DNA from: Dehalococcoidia bacterium
GTDB lineage: Bacteria > Chloroflexota > Dehalococcoidia > GIF9 > AB-539-J10
DNA length: 36,019 bases
Direction of reading: 5' to 3'
Assembly: GCA_021162245.1 (NCBI GenBank)
Contig: JAGGZD010000127.1
Location: forward strand, 1-36,019
Shown: piece by piece, positions 16,313 to 27,030 of the stretch
Numbering within the stretch: the first letter of the stretch is position 1
How the letters are laid out: every line of letters begins with the position of its first letter
Notes under the pieces: generated by a model
The model's database searches: none
Seen by the model: only the letters and a program-made list of their open reading frames with translations
Told to the model about the DNA's origin: nothing
Program-made: the position numbers and the translations under genes

Positions 16313-16882
16313 TCACCTCCTTTTCAACAAAGGCGAGACAAGTTTAAATTCAACAGTCCCTGCTCGTTCAAGCAGTTGGAAAATTACGGTTTCAGCGCTG
16401 GTTATCAGACCTCCCGCTTGTTCAACCATCCTTACCCCAACCTCCCAATTGGATTTCTGGCGCGAACAAACAGCATCTCTTACCAGGCTGACTTCGTAAC
16501 CATCGGCCAGTAAATCCAAGGCTGTTTGCAAGACACACACATGTGCTTCCACCCCAGTCAAAACGAGATGCCTAACCCCAAGGTTTTTAATTTTTTCCCG
16601 AAATGAAGGATGCGCATAGCAACTAAAACTGAGCTTCTCAACAGGTTGATATGAAGCACCTAATTTCTGTACTAATTCACTGCTCGTTTGGCCAAGTCCA
16701 CGAGGATACTGCTCCGTTACTACAATGGGGATATGCATGAGCCGAGCTACATCAATCAGAAGTCCAATGTTCTCAGCAACTTTCCTGCGAACATCCTCTC
16801 CCATCACCACCACCAGCTTTTCCTGAAAATCTATCACCAGGAAAGCTACATTACCCTTACGAAAATGAAATCGGCTCTTCAG
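16313..16882 (-). CDS. Isochorismatase-family cysteine hydrolase; start uncertain (CTG 16882 or GTG 16837)
   Basis: LVIDFQEKL, VTEQYPRGLG, KLSFSC, GVEAHVCVLQTALDLL, DAVCSR. Confidence 0.88.
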   Translation of the reverse strand: MKSRFHFRKGNVAFLVIDFQEKLVVVMGEDVRRKVAENIGLLIDVARLMHIPIVVTEQYPRGLGQTSSELVQKLGASYQPVEKLSFSCYAHPSFREKIKNLGVRHLVLTGVEAHVCVLQTALDLLADGYEVSLVRDAVCSRQKSNWEVGVRMVEQAGGLITSAETVIFQLLERAGTVEFKLVSPLLKRR

Positions 16883-16916
16883 TGTCTTATTCTCTTACAC
16901 AGATAAGAATCTGAAT

Positions 16917-17312
16917 TTAGCGTTTAGTAAATTGCTGCGCCTTGCGAGCTCGTTTAAGGCCATACTTCTTTCTCTCTTTAACCCTCGCATCTCGGGTAAG
17001 CAAACCTTCTTTACGCAACGCAGACCTGAATAACTCGTTTTCCTTAACCAGAGCTCTAGCAATGCCATGCCGGATTGCCCCTGCCTGACCACTCATTCCT
17101 CCACCCGTCGCTTTTACCGTAACTCTAAATTTACCCACAGTATCGGTGACCTCAAAAGGTATTTCAATCATGCGGCGATATTTAAGACGGGGAAAAGCCT
17201 CATCATATGGTTTCCCATTAACCGTTATTCCCCCATCCCCAGCGAAAAGCCTAACCTGTGCTATAGCACACTTCCGCTTACCTGTTCCCCAAATATACCT
17301 TTCCTCGCTCAT
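16917..17312 (-). CDS. rpsI: 30S ribosomal protein S9
   Basis: [48 protein letters not shown]. Confidence 0.98.
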   Translation of the reverse strand: MSEERYIWGTGKRKCAIAQVRLFAGDGGITVNGKPYDEAFPRLKYRRMIEIPFEVTDTVGKFRVTVKATGGGMSGQAGAIRHGIARALVKENELFRSALRKEGLLTRDARVKERKKYGLKRARKAQQFTKR

Positions 17313-17743
17313 GGATTATCGTTCTCCCTTTCTCTAGTTTGGGCATGGTGAGGGTGTTCGCTACCAGCATAAATCTTAAGCTTCTTGAGCATGGCTCTGC
17401 CTAAGCGATTGTGAGGCACCATACCCTTGACGGCATATTCAACGACGCGAGTAGGATGCTTACTGCGTAATTCTTTCAAAGTTAAGCTTTTCAACCCCCC
17501 TGGGTAGCCACTATGTCTATAATAGGTTTTCTGTTCAGCTTTCTTCCCTGACACTTTTATCTTAGCTGCGTTAATTATCACAACATAGTCACCAGTATCG
17601 ATGTTAGTGGAATACATCGACTTATGCTTACCCATAAGTAATCTGGCTACCTGAGATGCCAACCGCCCCAGGGTTTTCTCTGAAGCATCAATTATATGCC
17701 ACTCCCGTCTAATTTCTTTAGCTTTAGGACTATAAGTTTTCAC
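17309..17743 (-). CDS. rplM: 50S ribosomal protein L13
   Basis: GTG start at 17743 after GGAG; [33 protein letters not shown]. Confidence 0.97.
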   Translation of the reverse strand: MKTYSPKAKEIRREWHIIDASEKTLGRLASQVARLLMGKHKSMYSTNIDTGDYVVIINAAKIKVSGKKAEQKTYYRHSGYPGGLKSLTLKELRSKHPTRVVEYAVKGMVPHNRLGRAMLKKLKIYAGSEHPHHAQTRERENDNP

Positions 17744-18503
17744 TATATTCTCCAAGAGGCCTAGGGTAATTAACTTTAGTAAGCCACAAACCACGAGCAG
17801 AAGCCATGGGAGTAGCCAAACCCAACCTCTTTGCCTCCATAATATCATAAAAATCGTCAACCTCTATTTTACCCATGCCTAACCGGGTCAGGAGCCCCAC
17901 CGTATTACGTACCTGATGAGGCAAAAAAGAGCTAGCTTCCACATGAAAAGTAGCAAAATCCTCTATTTTGTTAATTCCTGCCTGATAAACATTGCGCACA
18001 GTACTTCTTACATTATCTAAAGAAGTGGCAAAAGAGATAAAATCATGCTCACCCTGCATCAATTCGCATGCCTTATTCATCACTTCAATATTCAGCATCT
18101 GGGGCATAAATTGAGCAAACATTTTACTAAACGGAGACCTAACCTTACTATTCAAAATATAATAGCAGTATTCTCGACTCACAGCATCGCGCCTGACATT
18201 GAAATCATCATTCACTCTGTAAGCCTCTTTGACCGCAATATCGTGGGGTAAATAATAATTCAATGCTCTAATAAACGTCATCGTACTAAATTTAGACTTC
18301 GTCCAAAAGCTTACCACCTGATACTTAGCATGCACGCCAGTATCAGTCCTGCTAGCTGCTCCAATTCTACTTTTTTGCTCACAAAGCCTCTCTATAGCTT
18401 GTTCCAGTTCATCCTGAACAGTAGGCAAACCAACCTGCCACTGAAAACCATGATACCGGGTACCATCATATTCTACAACTAAAACAACTTGAGCAAGTTT
18501 CAC
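17730..18503 (-). CDS. truA: tRNA pseudouridine(38-40) synthase
   Basis: [43 protein letters not shown]. Confidence 0.96.
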   Translation of the reverse strand: MKLAQVVLVVEYDGTRYHGFQWQVGLPTVQDELEQAIERLCEQKSRIGAASRTDTGVHAKYQVVSFWTKSKFSTMTFIRALNYYLPHDIAVKEAYRVNDDFNVRRDAVSREYCYYILNSKVRSPFSKMFAQFMPQMLNIEVMNKACELMQGEHDFISFATSLDNVRSTVRNVYQAGINKIEDFATFHVEASSFLPHQVRNTVGLLTRLGMGKIEVDDFYDIMEAKRLGLATPMASARGLWLTKVNYPRPLGEYSENL

Positions 18504-18856
18504 TACTTAATTAACTCAATCTGAGCTATAGGAGCATTATCGCCACGACGATGTCCTAATTTCACCAACCGCGTATAGCCCCCTGCCCTGTCAGAATACC
18601 CCGGAGCAATTTCCTCAAAGAGCTTTCTAACAACCTCTTCATCAGTAATAAAAGCCAGAGCTCGCCGCCTTGAGGCAAGGCTACCATCTTTCCCCAGTGT
18701 AATCATCTTATCAGCTAAGCTCTTAATTTCCTTCGCCTTAGCCTCAGTAGTAACAATTCGCGCATTAGCCAAAAGAGCAGTTACCTGATTACGATATAAA
18801 GACCATCGATGATAACTTGGTCTGCCCAATTTCCGTCCAGCTATCCGATGCCTCAT
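18503..18856 (-). CDS. rplQ: 50S ribosomal protein L17
   Basis: MRHRIAGRKLGR, TTEAKAKE, GGYTRLVK, RRGDNA. Confidence 0.98.
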   Translation of the reverse strand: MRHRIAGRKLGRPSYHRWSLYRNQVTALLANARIVTTEAKAKEIKSLADKMITLGKDGSLASRRRALAFITDEEVVRKLFEEIAPGYSDRAGGYTRLVKLGHRRGDNAPIAQIELIK

Positions 18857-19803
18857 TTCTTTTTTGCCTTACCCTCATCAAAAATAATAGGGAAACCTAA
18901 TTTCGTCATTAATTCCTCTAGCTCTTCTTGAGATTTTTTCCCAAAACCAACTAGTGGCGGCAAACCCTCTTTGCCTTTCTCTATAAGCTGCCCTAAATTC
19001 AAAATGCCACCTCTTCTCAAACTATTGCGAGCTCGAGTGGACAAACCCAACTCTTCCAGAGAAGCATTATATTGTTCAGGAGACACTAACACGTCTTCAG
19101 ATGGACCTGCTTGTCCTGACACCAGAATCTCAAGCTCCTTAAAAGAAGTGAGTTGATCAACTGCAATACTAGCACTTTGCCTGATCGCTTCCCATGGCTC
19201 AATGGTTCCATCAGTCCATAGTTCTACTACCAATCTCTCAAGGCTTTTTTCTTCACCAGGCCTAATAAACTCTACGGAGAAATTTACCTTCCGTGTCGGA
19301 GAAAAAATAGCATCCACTGGCAACGCCCCCACAGGCAAGCCAGCAGCCGACTTAGCAGGCTCATAGCCCTTTCCTAATTCTACATTGAATCCAACATAAA
19401 GCTTAGCCTCCGCAGAATCCAAGGTGGCCAAATGAAGTTCAGGGTTGGCAATTTGAAAATCCACCGTTGGTTTAATGTCAGCGGCAGAAACTTCGCCTTC
19501 CCCTTCTACCTCCAGAACTAATTTTCCTGGCCGACGTGAAAGTGGCCGGAGCCTTAGCTCTTTCACATTCAGCAGGAACTCAAGAACATCCTCTTTAACA
19601 TAAGGAATCGTGGAAAACTCATGCTGAATCCCCTCGATTTCAAGCCACGTTACGGCAGCACCAGGCAAAAACCCAAGAAGCAGGCGACGCATAGCATTAC
19701 CCAAGATAACGCCCAATCCCCTCTCTAAAGGCTCAGCAACGAAACGCCCATAATTACCAGCACTTTCAACACACTTTACACTTGGTATAGATAAATCTGT
19801 CAA
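18853..19803 (-). CDS. rpoA: RNA polymerase subunit alpha
   Basis: EPLERGLG..LGNAMRR, HEFSTIP.VKEDV, VDAIFSP, LGLSTRARNSL. Confidence 0.98.
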   Translation of the reverse strand: MTDLSIPSVKCVESAGNYGRFVAEPLERGLGVILGNAMRRLLLGFLPGAAVTWLEIEGIQHEFSTIPYVKEDVLEFLLNVKELRLRPLSRRPGKLVLEVEGEGEVSAADIKPTVDFQIANPELHLATLDSAEAKLYVGFNVELGKGYEPAKSAAGLPVGALPVDAIFSPTRKVNFSVEFIRPGEEKSLERLVVELWTDGTIEPWEAIRQSASIAVDQLTSFKELEILVSGQAGPSEDVLVSPEQYNASLEELGLSTRARNSLRRGGILNLGQLIEKGKEGLPPLVGFGKKSQEELEELMTKLGFPIIFDEGKAKKK

Positions 19804-19820
19804 TAAAAATCTCCTGTGCT

Positions 19821-20468
19821 TTACTTCGAATAATACTCAACGATGCTCTTCCCATTAAATATAGGGGCTATGTCTTCTTTGCCAGGCAAAGCTAAAACCT
19901 TACCTGTCATCTTCTCTTCGTCCAAGCTTAGCCAACCAGGGGTAGATCTTCCCTTAATTTTCTCCGCTAAGCTGCGATAGTATTTGGTTTTCTTGCTACC
20001 TCCCCGCCATTCGATAACATCTCCCAATTTTACTAGGCAGGAAGGTATATTCACTCGTCTCCCATTCACTAATATATGGCCATGGTTTACTACCTGCCTG
20101 GACTGAGCACGTGAGTCAGCAAAAGCTAAACAGTAAACCACATTATCCAATCGCCTCTCAAGTAGCATCAACAAGTTATCTCCACTTACTCCAGAGACTT
20201 TCGTTGCCTCTTTGAAAAAACGACGAAATTGCCGTTCTAGAACACCATAACTAAAGCGCACTTTTTGCTTCTCCTGCAGCTGAAGCCCATGAAGCGAAAC
20301 TTTGCGCCGCCGCGCCACACGCGCCCCAAGGCGCCCTCCAGGACGTCCCGGACGGGAATTCCTCCTCTCTAGAGGACATTTAGGCGTAGCACACTTCTCG
20401 CCTTTAAGCATCAATTTCTCGCCCAGATAGCGACATAAACGACAGGAAGCTCCCGTATATCTTGCCAT
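19821..20468 (-). CDS. rpsD: 30S ribosomal protein S4 (Cys-rich N-terminus)
   Basis: MARYTGASCRLCR, EKQKVR..YG, LERRLDNVV, IVEYYSK; ATG at 20468. Confidence 0.97.
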   Translation of the reverse strand: MARYTGASCRLCRYLGEKLMLKGEKCATPKCPLERRNSRPGRPGGRLGARVARRRKVSLHGLQLQEKQKVRFSYGVLERQFRRFFKEATKVSGVSGDNLLMLLERRLDNVVYCLAFADSRAQSRQVVNHGHILVNGRRVNIPSCLVKLGDVIEWRGGSKKTKYYRSLAEKIKGRSTPGWLSLDEEKMTGKVLALPGKEDIAPIFNGKSIVEYYSK

Positions 20469-20469
20469 A

Positions 20470-20862
20470 TTATACTCTTCTCCTACCTCGAGCGCGGCAA
20501 CCATTATGAGGGATAGGGGTTACATCTCTAATAGAGGTCACGGTAAGTCCACTAGCCTGCAATGCACGGATAGCCGCTTCACGTCCGCTACCAGGACCTT
20601 TAACATAAACTTCAACCTGACGTAACCCATCATTTACTGCCTGCCTCGCTGTCTCCCGAGCAGCTAACTGCGCAGCGTATGGAGTGCCCTTTCTGGAACC
20701 CTTAAATCCAGCGCTCCCTGAGCTTCCCCAAGATATAACATTGCCTCCCATATCGGCAATAGTAACAATGGTATTATTAAAAGTAGCTTGTATATAAACC
20801 CTACCTTCGCTAACCTTCCTGCGCGTTCTCTTTCCTTTTTTACTTCCTTTTCTCTTTGGCAT
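20470..20862 (-). CDS. rpsK: 30S ribosomal protein S11
   Basis: [42 protein letters not shown]. Confidence 0.98.
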   Translation of the reverse strand: MPKRKGSKKGKRTRRKVSEGRVYIQATFNNTIVTIADMGGNVISWGSSGSAGFKGSRKGTPYAAQLAARETARQAVNDGLRQVEVYVKGPGSGREAAIRALQASGLTVTSIRDVTPIPHNGCRARGRRRV

Positions 20863-20880
20863 CCCTTAAATACAACCTCC

Positions 20881-21270
20881 CTATTTCTTAGTTACACCAC
20901 GTCTCTGGCCTCTGCCAGCTACTGTCTTCCTTGCTCCTTTTTTACTGCGTGCATTAGTACGCGTCCTCTGCCCATGAACCGGCAGGCCCATGCGATGCCT
21001 CACCCCTCGCGTGCAACCAATATCAATAAGCCGCTTTATATTAAATTGAATTTCCCGTCTCAGATCGCCCTCTACTTTAAACTCCTTGTCAATAATACTA
21101 CGTAATTGACCAACCTGCTCTTCAGTAAGGTCTTTAACTCTGATATCGGGAGCAATGCCAGTGGCAGTTAGAGCTTTCTGGCTCAGCGACGGACCAATGC
21201 CATAAATATATTGCAACGCTACTTTAATCGGTTTACCTTTAGGGAGGTCTACACTAGCTATACGTGCCAC
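20881..21270 (-). CDS. rpsM: 30S ribosomal protein S13
   Basis: [36 protein letters not shown]. Confidence 0.98.
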   Translation of the reverse strand: MARIASVDLPKGKPIKVALQYIYGIGPSLSQKALTATGIAPDIRVKDLTEEQVGQLRSIIDKEFKVEGDLRREIQFNIKRLIDIGCTRGVRHRMGLPVHGQRTRTNARSKKGARKTVAGRGQRRGVTKK

Positions 21271-21322
21271 TACTTAATCTCCATGATTCTCAAAAAGATA
21301 CCTTGCATTTTCATTGGAAGAG

Positions 21323-21436
21323 TTAACCCTGCCTCTGTTTATGCCTTGGGTTCTCACAGATAACCCTGACAACACCTTCCCTTCTAATAATTTTACACTT
21401 TTTACAGCGACGTTTAACCGAAGCACTTACTTTCAT
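21323..21436 (-). CDS. rpmJ: 50S ribosomal protein L36 (not in ORF track)
   Basis: Manual translation [37 protein letters not shown]. Confidence 0.97.
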   Translation of the reverse strand: MKVSASVKRRCKKCKIIRREGVVRVICENPRHKQRQG

Positions 21437-21501
21437 TCCTAATCACCCCAAGTAAAACCCTATCATCATAAACTTTCCTGAGCGCCTTGTCAAAGGTAGC
21501 A

Positions 21502-21720
21502 CTACTTAAGCCGATAGGTAATCCTACCACGCCCCAAATCATAAGGAGAAAGTTCCACTAAAACTCTATCCCCTGGCAAAATCTTAATGTAATGCTTTCT
21601 CATCTTCCCTGAAATATGTGCCAATACTGTGTGTCCGTTAGCTAACTCCACACGAAACACAGTGTTAGGTAAACATACAGCGACTTTGCCCTCGACTTCT
21701 ATCTTCTCTTTCTTAGCCAT
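21502..21720 (-). CDS. infA: Translation initiation factor IF-1
   Basis: [40 protein letters not shown]. Confidence 0.98.
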   Translation of the reverse strand: MAKKEKIEVEGKVAVCLPNTVFRVELANGHTVLAHISGKMRKHYIKILPGDRVLVELSPYDLGRGRITYRLK

Positions 21721-21728
21721 ACTTTCCC

Positions 21729-21911
21729 TTAAATAAGCATTTCACCTTTGTTATCAATACTGACAACACTATGCTCAAAATATATTGAATCCAGTCCACA
21801 AGCCTTGGGCCCAGGGGCCACCCCCTTACTTAGTTTACCTGACATGACTGCTAGAACCTTGCCGCTTCGTTCCATAATTGCCATTACCTCAGGATATTTT
21901 GTAATTATCAT
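21729..21911 (-). pseudogene. map: Internally deleted methionine aminopeptidase remnant
   Basis: Lies at the canonical map position between adk and infA; N-terminal MIITK...IMERSGKVLA...VAPG....LD joined to C-terminal FEHSV.....G.E.L. Confidence 0.8.
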
Positions 21912-21912
21912 C

Positions 21913-22587
21913 TTAATCAGAATTTTTTACATCTGCTATCATGAAAGGTTTAAGCGCAGAGATTATTTCCTCAGCTACGTCTTGTATTCCAAGATTGCCG
22001 TTGATTTCAATCAGCTTCCCCTGCTTCTTATAATAATCAACTATAGGCAAAGTTTGCTCAAAGAAAACTTTCAGCCTCTCTATCACCGTTTCCTCTTTAT
22101 CATCGGTACGCTGATATAATTCGCCACCACACTTATCACATTTCCCCGCTACTCTAGGTGGAGCAGCCACCAGATGATAAGGCGTCTGGCAATTCCGACA
22201 AATCCAGCGCCCGCTAAGGCGCTTTATAAGTTCTTCCTGCGGTACACGTATATATACTGATTTATCTATGCTTTTACCCTCTTCCATGAGAGCTTTATCT
22301 AGAGCCTCAGCCTGTTCTAAAGTCCGTGGAAACCCATCAAAAACACAGCCTGAGGCACAATCTGCCAGACCAATCCTCTCCAGAATCATATTGATCGCTA
22401 TCTCGCTGGGACCCAACTCGCCTCTTTCCATGTAAGATTTAGCCAGGAGTCCCAGCTCAGTTTTTTTCTCCAATGCCTGCCGAAATAAATCTCCAGAGGC
22501 CACGTGAGGTAAATTCAATTTCCGGCAAAGGATATCCGCTTGAGTTCCCTTGCCAGCCCCCGGAGCTCCCAATACAACGATGTACAT
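21913..22587 (-). CDS. adk: Adenylate kinase (zinc-lid type)
   Basis: LGAPGAGKGTQA, SGDLFR, DGFPRT, CRNC...CDKCGGELYQRTDD; ATG 22587 after GGAGGTG. Confidence 0.97.
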   Translation of the reverse strand: MYIVVLGAPGAGKGTQADILCRKLNLPHVASGDLFRQALEKKTELGLLAKSYMERGELGPSEIAINMILERIGLADCASGCVFDGFPRTLEQAEALDKALMEEGKSIDKSVYIRVPQEELIKRLSGRWICRNCQTPYHLVAAPPRVAGKCDKCGGELYQRTDDKEETVIERLKVFFEQTLPIVDYYKKQGKLIEINGNLGIQDVAEEIISALKPFMIADVKNSD

Positions 22588-22598
22588 TTCACCTCCGT

Positions 22599-23915
22599 TC
22601 ATTTCAGGAAACCCTCATAGCGGCGCATTGTTAGCTGAGATTCCAGTTGCTTCATAGTATCCAAAGCAACGCCAACAGCTATCAACATAGCAGTGCTTCG
22701 AATTGTTAATGCGGTAATACCTGTAATATCTCTGACAAGAAAAGGTATAAGCGCCACCACCGCCAGAAATAGAGCACCTCCAAAGGTAAGATGCTTTATG
22801 ACTCGATTCAAATACTCAGCGGTAGCTTTTCCTGGACGAACCCCAGGTATAAAACCACCCTGTTGTTTCAAACTCTGCGGCAGATTCATTTGTTCAAATA
22901 TGACCATGGTGTAAAAGAATGCAAAGCCGATTACCAGGGTAAAATATAAACTTCGATAAATCAAGCCCAGAGGTAGAGCTACCTGAGGATTGAAAATTCG
23001 CATAATATTGCTAGCCAGATTAGGATCATGGCCTACCGGACTGGCAAAGTAGCTCGCTATTGTTCCTGGAAACGTCATTAGGGCTATAGCAAAAATAAGA
23101 GGAATCATTCCTGCTGTGTTTACACGCAACGGAATATAAGTTGAGCCTGATTGTCGATACATACGGCCACCGCGAATAGTGCCACGCGCATATTGCACAG
23201 GAATGCGACGGTGAGCCTCGGTAAATACGACGATGAGCACCAGTGTAGCCACAGCAACAATAATGAAAACAGCCAACCCTATAGGATCTTCCTTAATCAG
23301 AAAACCACGCCCGATCATATCTGGCAAGCTAGCTATGATACCAGCAAAAATAATCATCGATATTCCATTGCCAATGCCACGTTCAGTAATTAACTCGCCT
23401 AGCCAAACAAGGAATACCGTGCCCGCGGTCAGCGATGTCACTATAACCACCACTGTTAACGGCTCAACTTGTCCAATAGCCATCTGGCTTCGCAACAAAG
23501 CGATCTGGCCATAGCCCGATACAGTTGCTAAGGGCACGGTTAGCAAATGAGTGATACGATTGATTCTACGCTGGCCAGATTCCCCCTCACGAGCAATGTT
23601 TTGAAGGGCAGGAATAACAGGAACTAACAATTGCATAATTATCGAGGCAGTTATATAAGGATATACACCTAAGGCAGCCACGCTAAATCTTTTCATGGCA
23701 CCACCACTGAAGAGATCAAGCATACCTAAAATTTGATTCTGCTCAAATAATTGCTGTAATGCATCAATATCTACTCCAGGTAAAGGAATATGGGCTATAA
23801 AACGAAAAACCACTAGCACGCCAAGGGTAAAAAGAATCTTTTGCCTTAAATCCGGCAGGCTAAACACGTCTTTCATCGCCTGGACAAGGCGAGATTGGTT
23901 TTCTTTACGCTGCAC
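22599..23915 (-). CDS. secY: Preprotein translocase SecY
   Basis: FSGGA, ALGVYPYITASIIMQLL, WLGELITERGIGNGISMIIF, GGFIPGVRPG. Confidence 0.98.
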   Translation of the reverse strand: MQRKENQSRLVQAMKDVFSLPDLRQKILFTLGVLVVFRFIAHIPLPGVDIDALQQLFEQNQILGMLDLFSGGAMKRFSVAALGVYPYITASIIMQLLVPVIPALQNIAREGESGQRRINRITHLLTVPLATVSGYGQIALLRSQMAIGQVEPLTVVVIVTSLTAGTVFLVWLGELITERGIGNGISMIIFAGIIASLPDMIGRGFLIKEDPIGLAVFIIVAVATLVLIVVFTEAHRRIPVQYARGTIRGGRMYRQSGSTYIPLRVNTAGMIPLIFAIALMTFPGTIASYFASPVGHDPNLASNIMRIFNPQVALPLGLIYRSLYFTLVIGFAFFYTMVIFEQMNLPQSLKQQGGFIPGVRPGKATAEYLNRVIKHLTFGGALFLAVVALIPFLVRDITGITALTIRSTAMLIAVGVALDTMKQLESQLTMRRYEGFLK

Positions 23916-24359
23916 TTATATCCTCTCCACTTTCCCCCCAGCGGCGACGATCTTCCTTTCTGCCGCTGCAGAGAACTTGTTAGCTCTAACTACCAAAGAG
24001 TGTTGAACATCACCACCACCAAGAATTTTAGTGGGGCGGTTAAGAGAATTAATCGATCCCGTTTTCAGTAGCTCTTCCGCGTTTACCTCACTACCTGAAG
24101 GGAAACTATTGAGCTCACCTACATTAACAATATTATATTCAGTCTTAAAAATATTATTAAAACCCCTTTTCCTTGGCAAACGCCTTATAAGGGGCAATTG
24201 GCCCCCTTCGAATCCAATGCGCACACCACCACCAGAGCGGGATTTCTGCCCTTTACACCCACGCCCTGAATAAGTGCCATGCCCACTGCCATCACCCCTA
24301 CCCACACGTTTTCTATTGTGCTTAGCACCCAAAGGAGGTTTTAATTCATTCTGTTTCAT
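23916..24359 (-). CDS. rplO: 50S ribosomal protein L15
   Basis: RVGRGDGSGHG, KGQKSRSGG, GFEGGQLPL.RRLP..RGF. Confidence 0.98.
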   Translation of the reverse strand: MKQNELKPPLGAKHNRKRVGRGDGSGHGTYSGRGCKGQKSRSGGGVRIGFEGGQLPLIRRLPRKRGFNNIFKTEYNIVNVGELNSFPSGSEVNAEELLKTGSINSLNRPTKILGGGDVQHSLVVRANKFSAAAERKIVAAGGKVERI

Positions 24360-24894
24360 TCACATCCTCCTCTTGAATTTCAGGGGGAAGCTCACCCTCA
24401 GTCTCAACTTGCCCAGCTTGCCTTAGATTTGACAAGGCAAGCATGGTTGCCTTAATTACATTAACCTGATTGCGACTACCCAGAGATTTACTAATAATAT
24501 CCTTTATGCCTGCCAATTCAAGCACTGCTCGAACAGCATTACTAGCAACTATACCAGTACCCGGCGCCGCCGGCTTGAGCAAAACCTTAGATGCCCCAAA
24601 CTTGGCTAAAATCTCATGGGGAATAGAGGTGTCAGCGACAGGTACTTCAATCAATTTTTTCCGCCCTGCAGCACTTGCTTTATGAATTGCATCAGGAACA
24701 CCAGCAGCTTTAGCTACACCAATCCCCACATGTTTTTTGCCATCGCCAACCACCATTAAAGCCCTGAAACGAAGTCTTTTCCCGCCCTTAACTACTTTAG
24801 TTACGCGGCTAAGTTTTATTAACTTCTCTTCCAACTCCAGCTCTGGAATTTCAATTCTAGCTCTCCTGCCAACCACTTTAGTAACTGCTTTCAT
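24346..24894 (-). CDS. rpsE: 30S ribosomal protein S5
   Basis: RVTKVVKGGKR, VVGDG, KPAAPGTG, RAVLELAG, KSLGS.N. Confidence 0.97.
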   Translation of the reverse strand: MKAVTKVVGRRARIEIPELELEEKLIKLSRVTKVVKGGKRLRFRALMVVGDGKKHVGIGVAKAAGVPDAIHKASAAGRKKLIEVPVADTSIPHEILAKFGASKVLLKPAAPGTGIVASNAVRAVLELAGIKDIISKSLGSRNQVNVIKATMLALSNLRQAGQVETEGELPPEIQEEDVNETE

Positions 24895-24947
24895 AAATAG
24901 ACCTCTTACGTTTTGCTTAACTCAACAAAACTATAAATTACACCACC

Positions 24948-25313
24948 TCAAAACAAAAGCCCAACTTGCCTAGTAGCCTCAGCGAAAGCTCTAACTCTGC
25001 CATGATATTTATAACCACCACGATCAAAAACTACGCTACTGACTCCTTTATCTAACGCCCTTCGCGCAAGTAATGAGCCCACAAGTTCAGCCTTCTTAGT
25101 TTTCGGTATTTTCCTAGTCTCATTCTTTATCTCAGCATCAAGAGTACCCGCTGCAACTAGGGTTCGCCCCGTAGAATCATCTATAATTTGGGCATAGAAA
25201 TGATTCAAGCTTCGAAAGACACATAATCGAGGGCGCAAAGCCGTGCCAGTCACCTTTTTCCTTACCCTCTTATGTCGTATCTTCCGAATCAATCTTGCAT
25301 CTGTTTTAGCCAT
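24948..25313 (-). CDS. rplR: 50S ribosomal protein L18
   Basis: [29 protein letters not shown]. Confidence 0.98.
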   Translation of the reverse strand: MAKTDARLIRKIRHKRVRKKVTGTALRPRLCVFRSLNHFYAQIIDDSTGRTLVAAGTLDAEIKNETRKIPKTKKAELVGSLLARRALDKGVSSVVFDRGGYKYHGRVRAFAEATRQVGLLF

Positions 25314-25319
25314 ACTACA

Positions 25320-25871
25320 TTACTCTCCAGTCGCCCTACCAGCTTTACCAGGTTTAAGACGCAGTTTCTCTCCATCCAATTTGATTCCCTTCCCTTTATA
25401 ATGGTCGACAGGACGTATAGCTCGAATCCTGGCTGCTACGTCACCGACAGCTTCTCTATCGATGCCGCTAATACAAATGCGGTTCGTTCCCTCAACAGTC
25501 ACATCAACATTAAGCGGAGGAGAAAATCCCACAGGATGGCTATATCCAACCTGAAACTCCAACTTATCGCCAGTTCTCTGGGCTTTGTAGCCTATGCCAT
25601 TCACTTCCAAAACTTGCTTAAAACCCTTGCTCACTCCCTCAACCATGTTAGCTAAAAGACTGCGACTAAGGCCATGTAGGGAACGATCCATTTTGCTATC
25701 GCTAGTCCGCGTCACAAGCAACTTCCCTTCCTTCAAAACAATCGAAATACCTATGGGGAAACAACGGCGCAATTCCCCTTTTCCCCCTTTTACCATTACC
25801 TCATTGTTATCCCCTATCTTTACCTCAACACCCTGAGGCACAAGAATGGGGAATGAACCAATTCTAGACAT
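25320..25871 (-). CDS. rplF: 50S ribosomal protein L6
   Basis: MSRIG, HGLSRSLLANMVEGVS, GYSHPV, YKGKGI. Confidence 0.98.
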   Translation of the reverse strand: MSRIGSFPILVPQGVEVKIGDNNEVMVKGGKGELRRCFPIGISIVLKEGKLLVTRTSDSKMDRSLHGLSRSLLANMVEGVSKGFKQVLEVNGIGYKAQRTGDKLEFQVGYSHPVGFSPPLNVDVTVEGTNRICISGIDREAVGDVAARIRAIRPVDHYKGKGIKLDGEKLRLKPGKAGRATGE

Positions 25872-25890
25872 CCATTCCTCCTAGATCAAC

Positions 25891-26286
25891 TTACCATATG
25901 TAACACAGAACTTCACCACCAAGGTGGCGTCGCCACGCCCCCTGGCCAGTCATAATGCCATTAGATGTTGACAAAATAGCAATGCCCAAGCCTCCGTACA
26001 CACGTGGAATTTCACGCCTTCCCACGTAAATCCTTAAGCCAGGTTTGCTCACTCGCTCTAAACCCGATACAGCCGGCTGGTTATCTACATACTTAAGTTG
26101 AATTTTTATCATTGGCTGTGGTTTATCTTTAGTAACCTCATAGCCTTTAATAAAACTCTCTTCCTTAAGGATTTTGGCAATAGAAAGTTTTGTTCGCGAG
26201 GCAGGCACCAGCACATCACTATGACGCACCATGATAGCATTGCGAATTCGAGTTAACATATCAGCGATTGAATCAGTAACTGCCAT
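25891..26286 (-). CDS. rpsH: 30S ribosomal protein S8
   Basis: [33 protein letters not shown]. Confidence 0.98.
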   Translation of the reverse strand: MAVTDSIADMLTRIRNAIMVRHSDVLVPASRTKLSIAKILKEESFIKGYEVTKDKPQPMIKIQLKYVDNQPAVSGLERVSKPGLRIYVGRREIPRVYGGLGIAILSTSNGIMTGQGAWRRHLGGEVLCYIW

Positions 26287-26295
26287 AGAAACTCC

Positions 26296-26481
26296 TTACC
26301 AACTTGATTTCCTTACCCCAGGAATTTCGCCTGTCACAGCGAGTTCCCGGAAGCAAATACGACATAAACCAAATTTGCGCATATAAGCACGTGGCCTACC
26401 ACACAATTGACAGCGGTTGCGCTGCTGTACTTTGTATTTCGGGGTTCTCTTTGATTTTACAATTTTAGATGTTTTAGCCAT
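26296..26481 (-). CDS. rpsN: 30S ribosomal protein S14, zinc-binding type Z
   Basis: 61 aa, [25 protein letters not shown]. Confidence 0.98.
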   Translation of the reverse strand: MAKTSKIVKSKRTPKYKVQQRNRCQLCGRPRAYMRKFGLCRICFRELAVTGEIPGVRKSSW

Positions 26482-26482
26482 T

Positions 26483-27028
26483 TTAATCCTTCCTAAAAGG
26501 CATACCCATAAGTTTCAGAAAACTTTTGGATTCATCATCATTCCTAGCTGTAGTAACTATTGTCACTTGGAGGCCACGGATTTTATCCACCTTAGCATAA
26601 TCTATCTCAGGGAAGACTATTTGCTCTCTTATGCCTATATTGTAATTACCCTGGCCATCAAAAGAGTCCACTGTTATTCCACGAAAATCACGAAAACGCG
26701 GCAGGATCACATCAACTAATTTAGAGAAAAAATCGTACATCCGCTTGCCTCTTAGTGTCACCATCATCCCGATAGGCATACCAGCTCTTACCTTAAAGGC
26801 AGCAACAGATTTTTTAGCACGCGTGATTACAGGATGCTGTCCCGAGATCACAGTTAAATCTCTCTCCGCCGCTTCAATAACTTTAGGATTTTGTGTTGCT
26901 TCGCCTAAACCCATGCTAAGCACAATCTTCTCCAGCCTAGGCAACTGCATCACATTATCATAGCCAAGGCTAGCCCTGAGCTGAGGAACTACTTCTGTCA
27001 AATATCTCTCTTTCAACGCAGATGTCAT
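26483..27028 (-). CDS. rplE: 50S ribosomal protein L5
   Basis: PRLEKIV..MG.GEA, ISGQHP, VTLRG.RMY, RDFRG, FDG.GNY, FPEIDY. Confidence 0.98.
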   Translation of the reverse strand: MTSALKERYLTEVVPQLRASLGYDNVMQLPRLEKIVLSMGLGEATQNPKVIEAAERDLTVISGQHPVITRAKKSVAAFKVRAGMPIGMMVTLRGKRMYDFFSKLVDVILPRFRDFRGITVDSFDGQGNYNIGIREQIVFPEIDYAKVDKIRGLQVTIVTTARNDDESKSFLKLMGMPFRKD

Positions 27029-27030
27029 AT

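Noticed and set aside
14934-16882. NYN + DnaJ + isochorismatase as a defence or toxin-antitoxin system
   Set aside because: All are common stand-alone families, not translationally coupled, and no partner genes are evident
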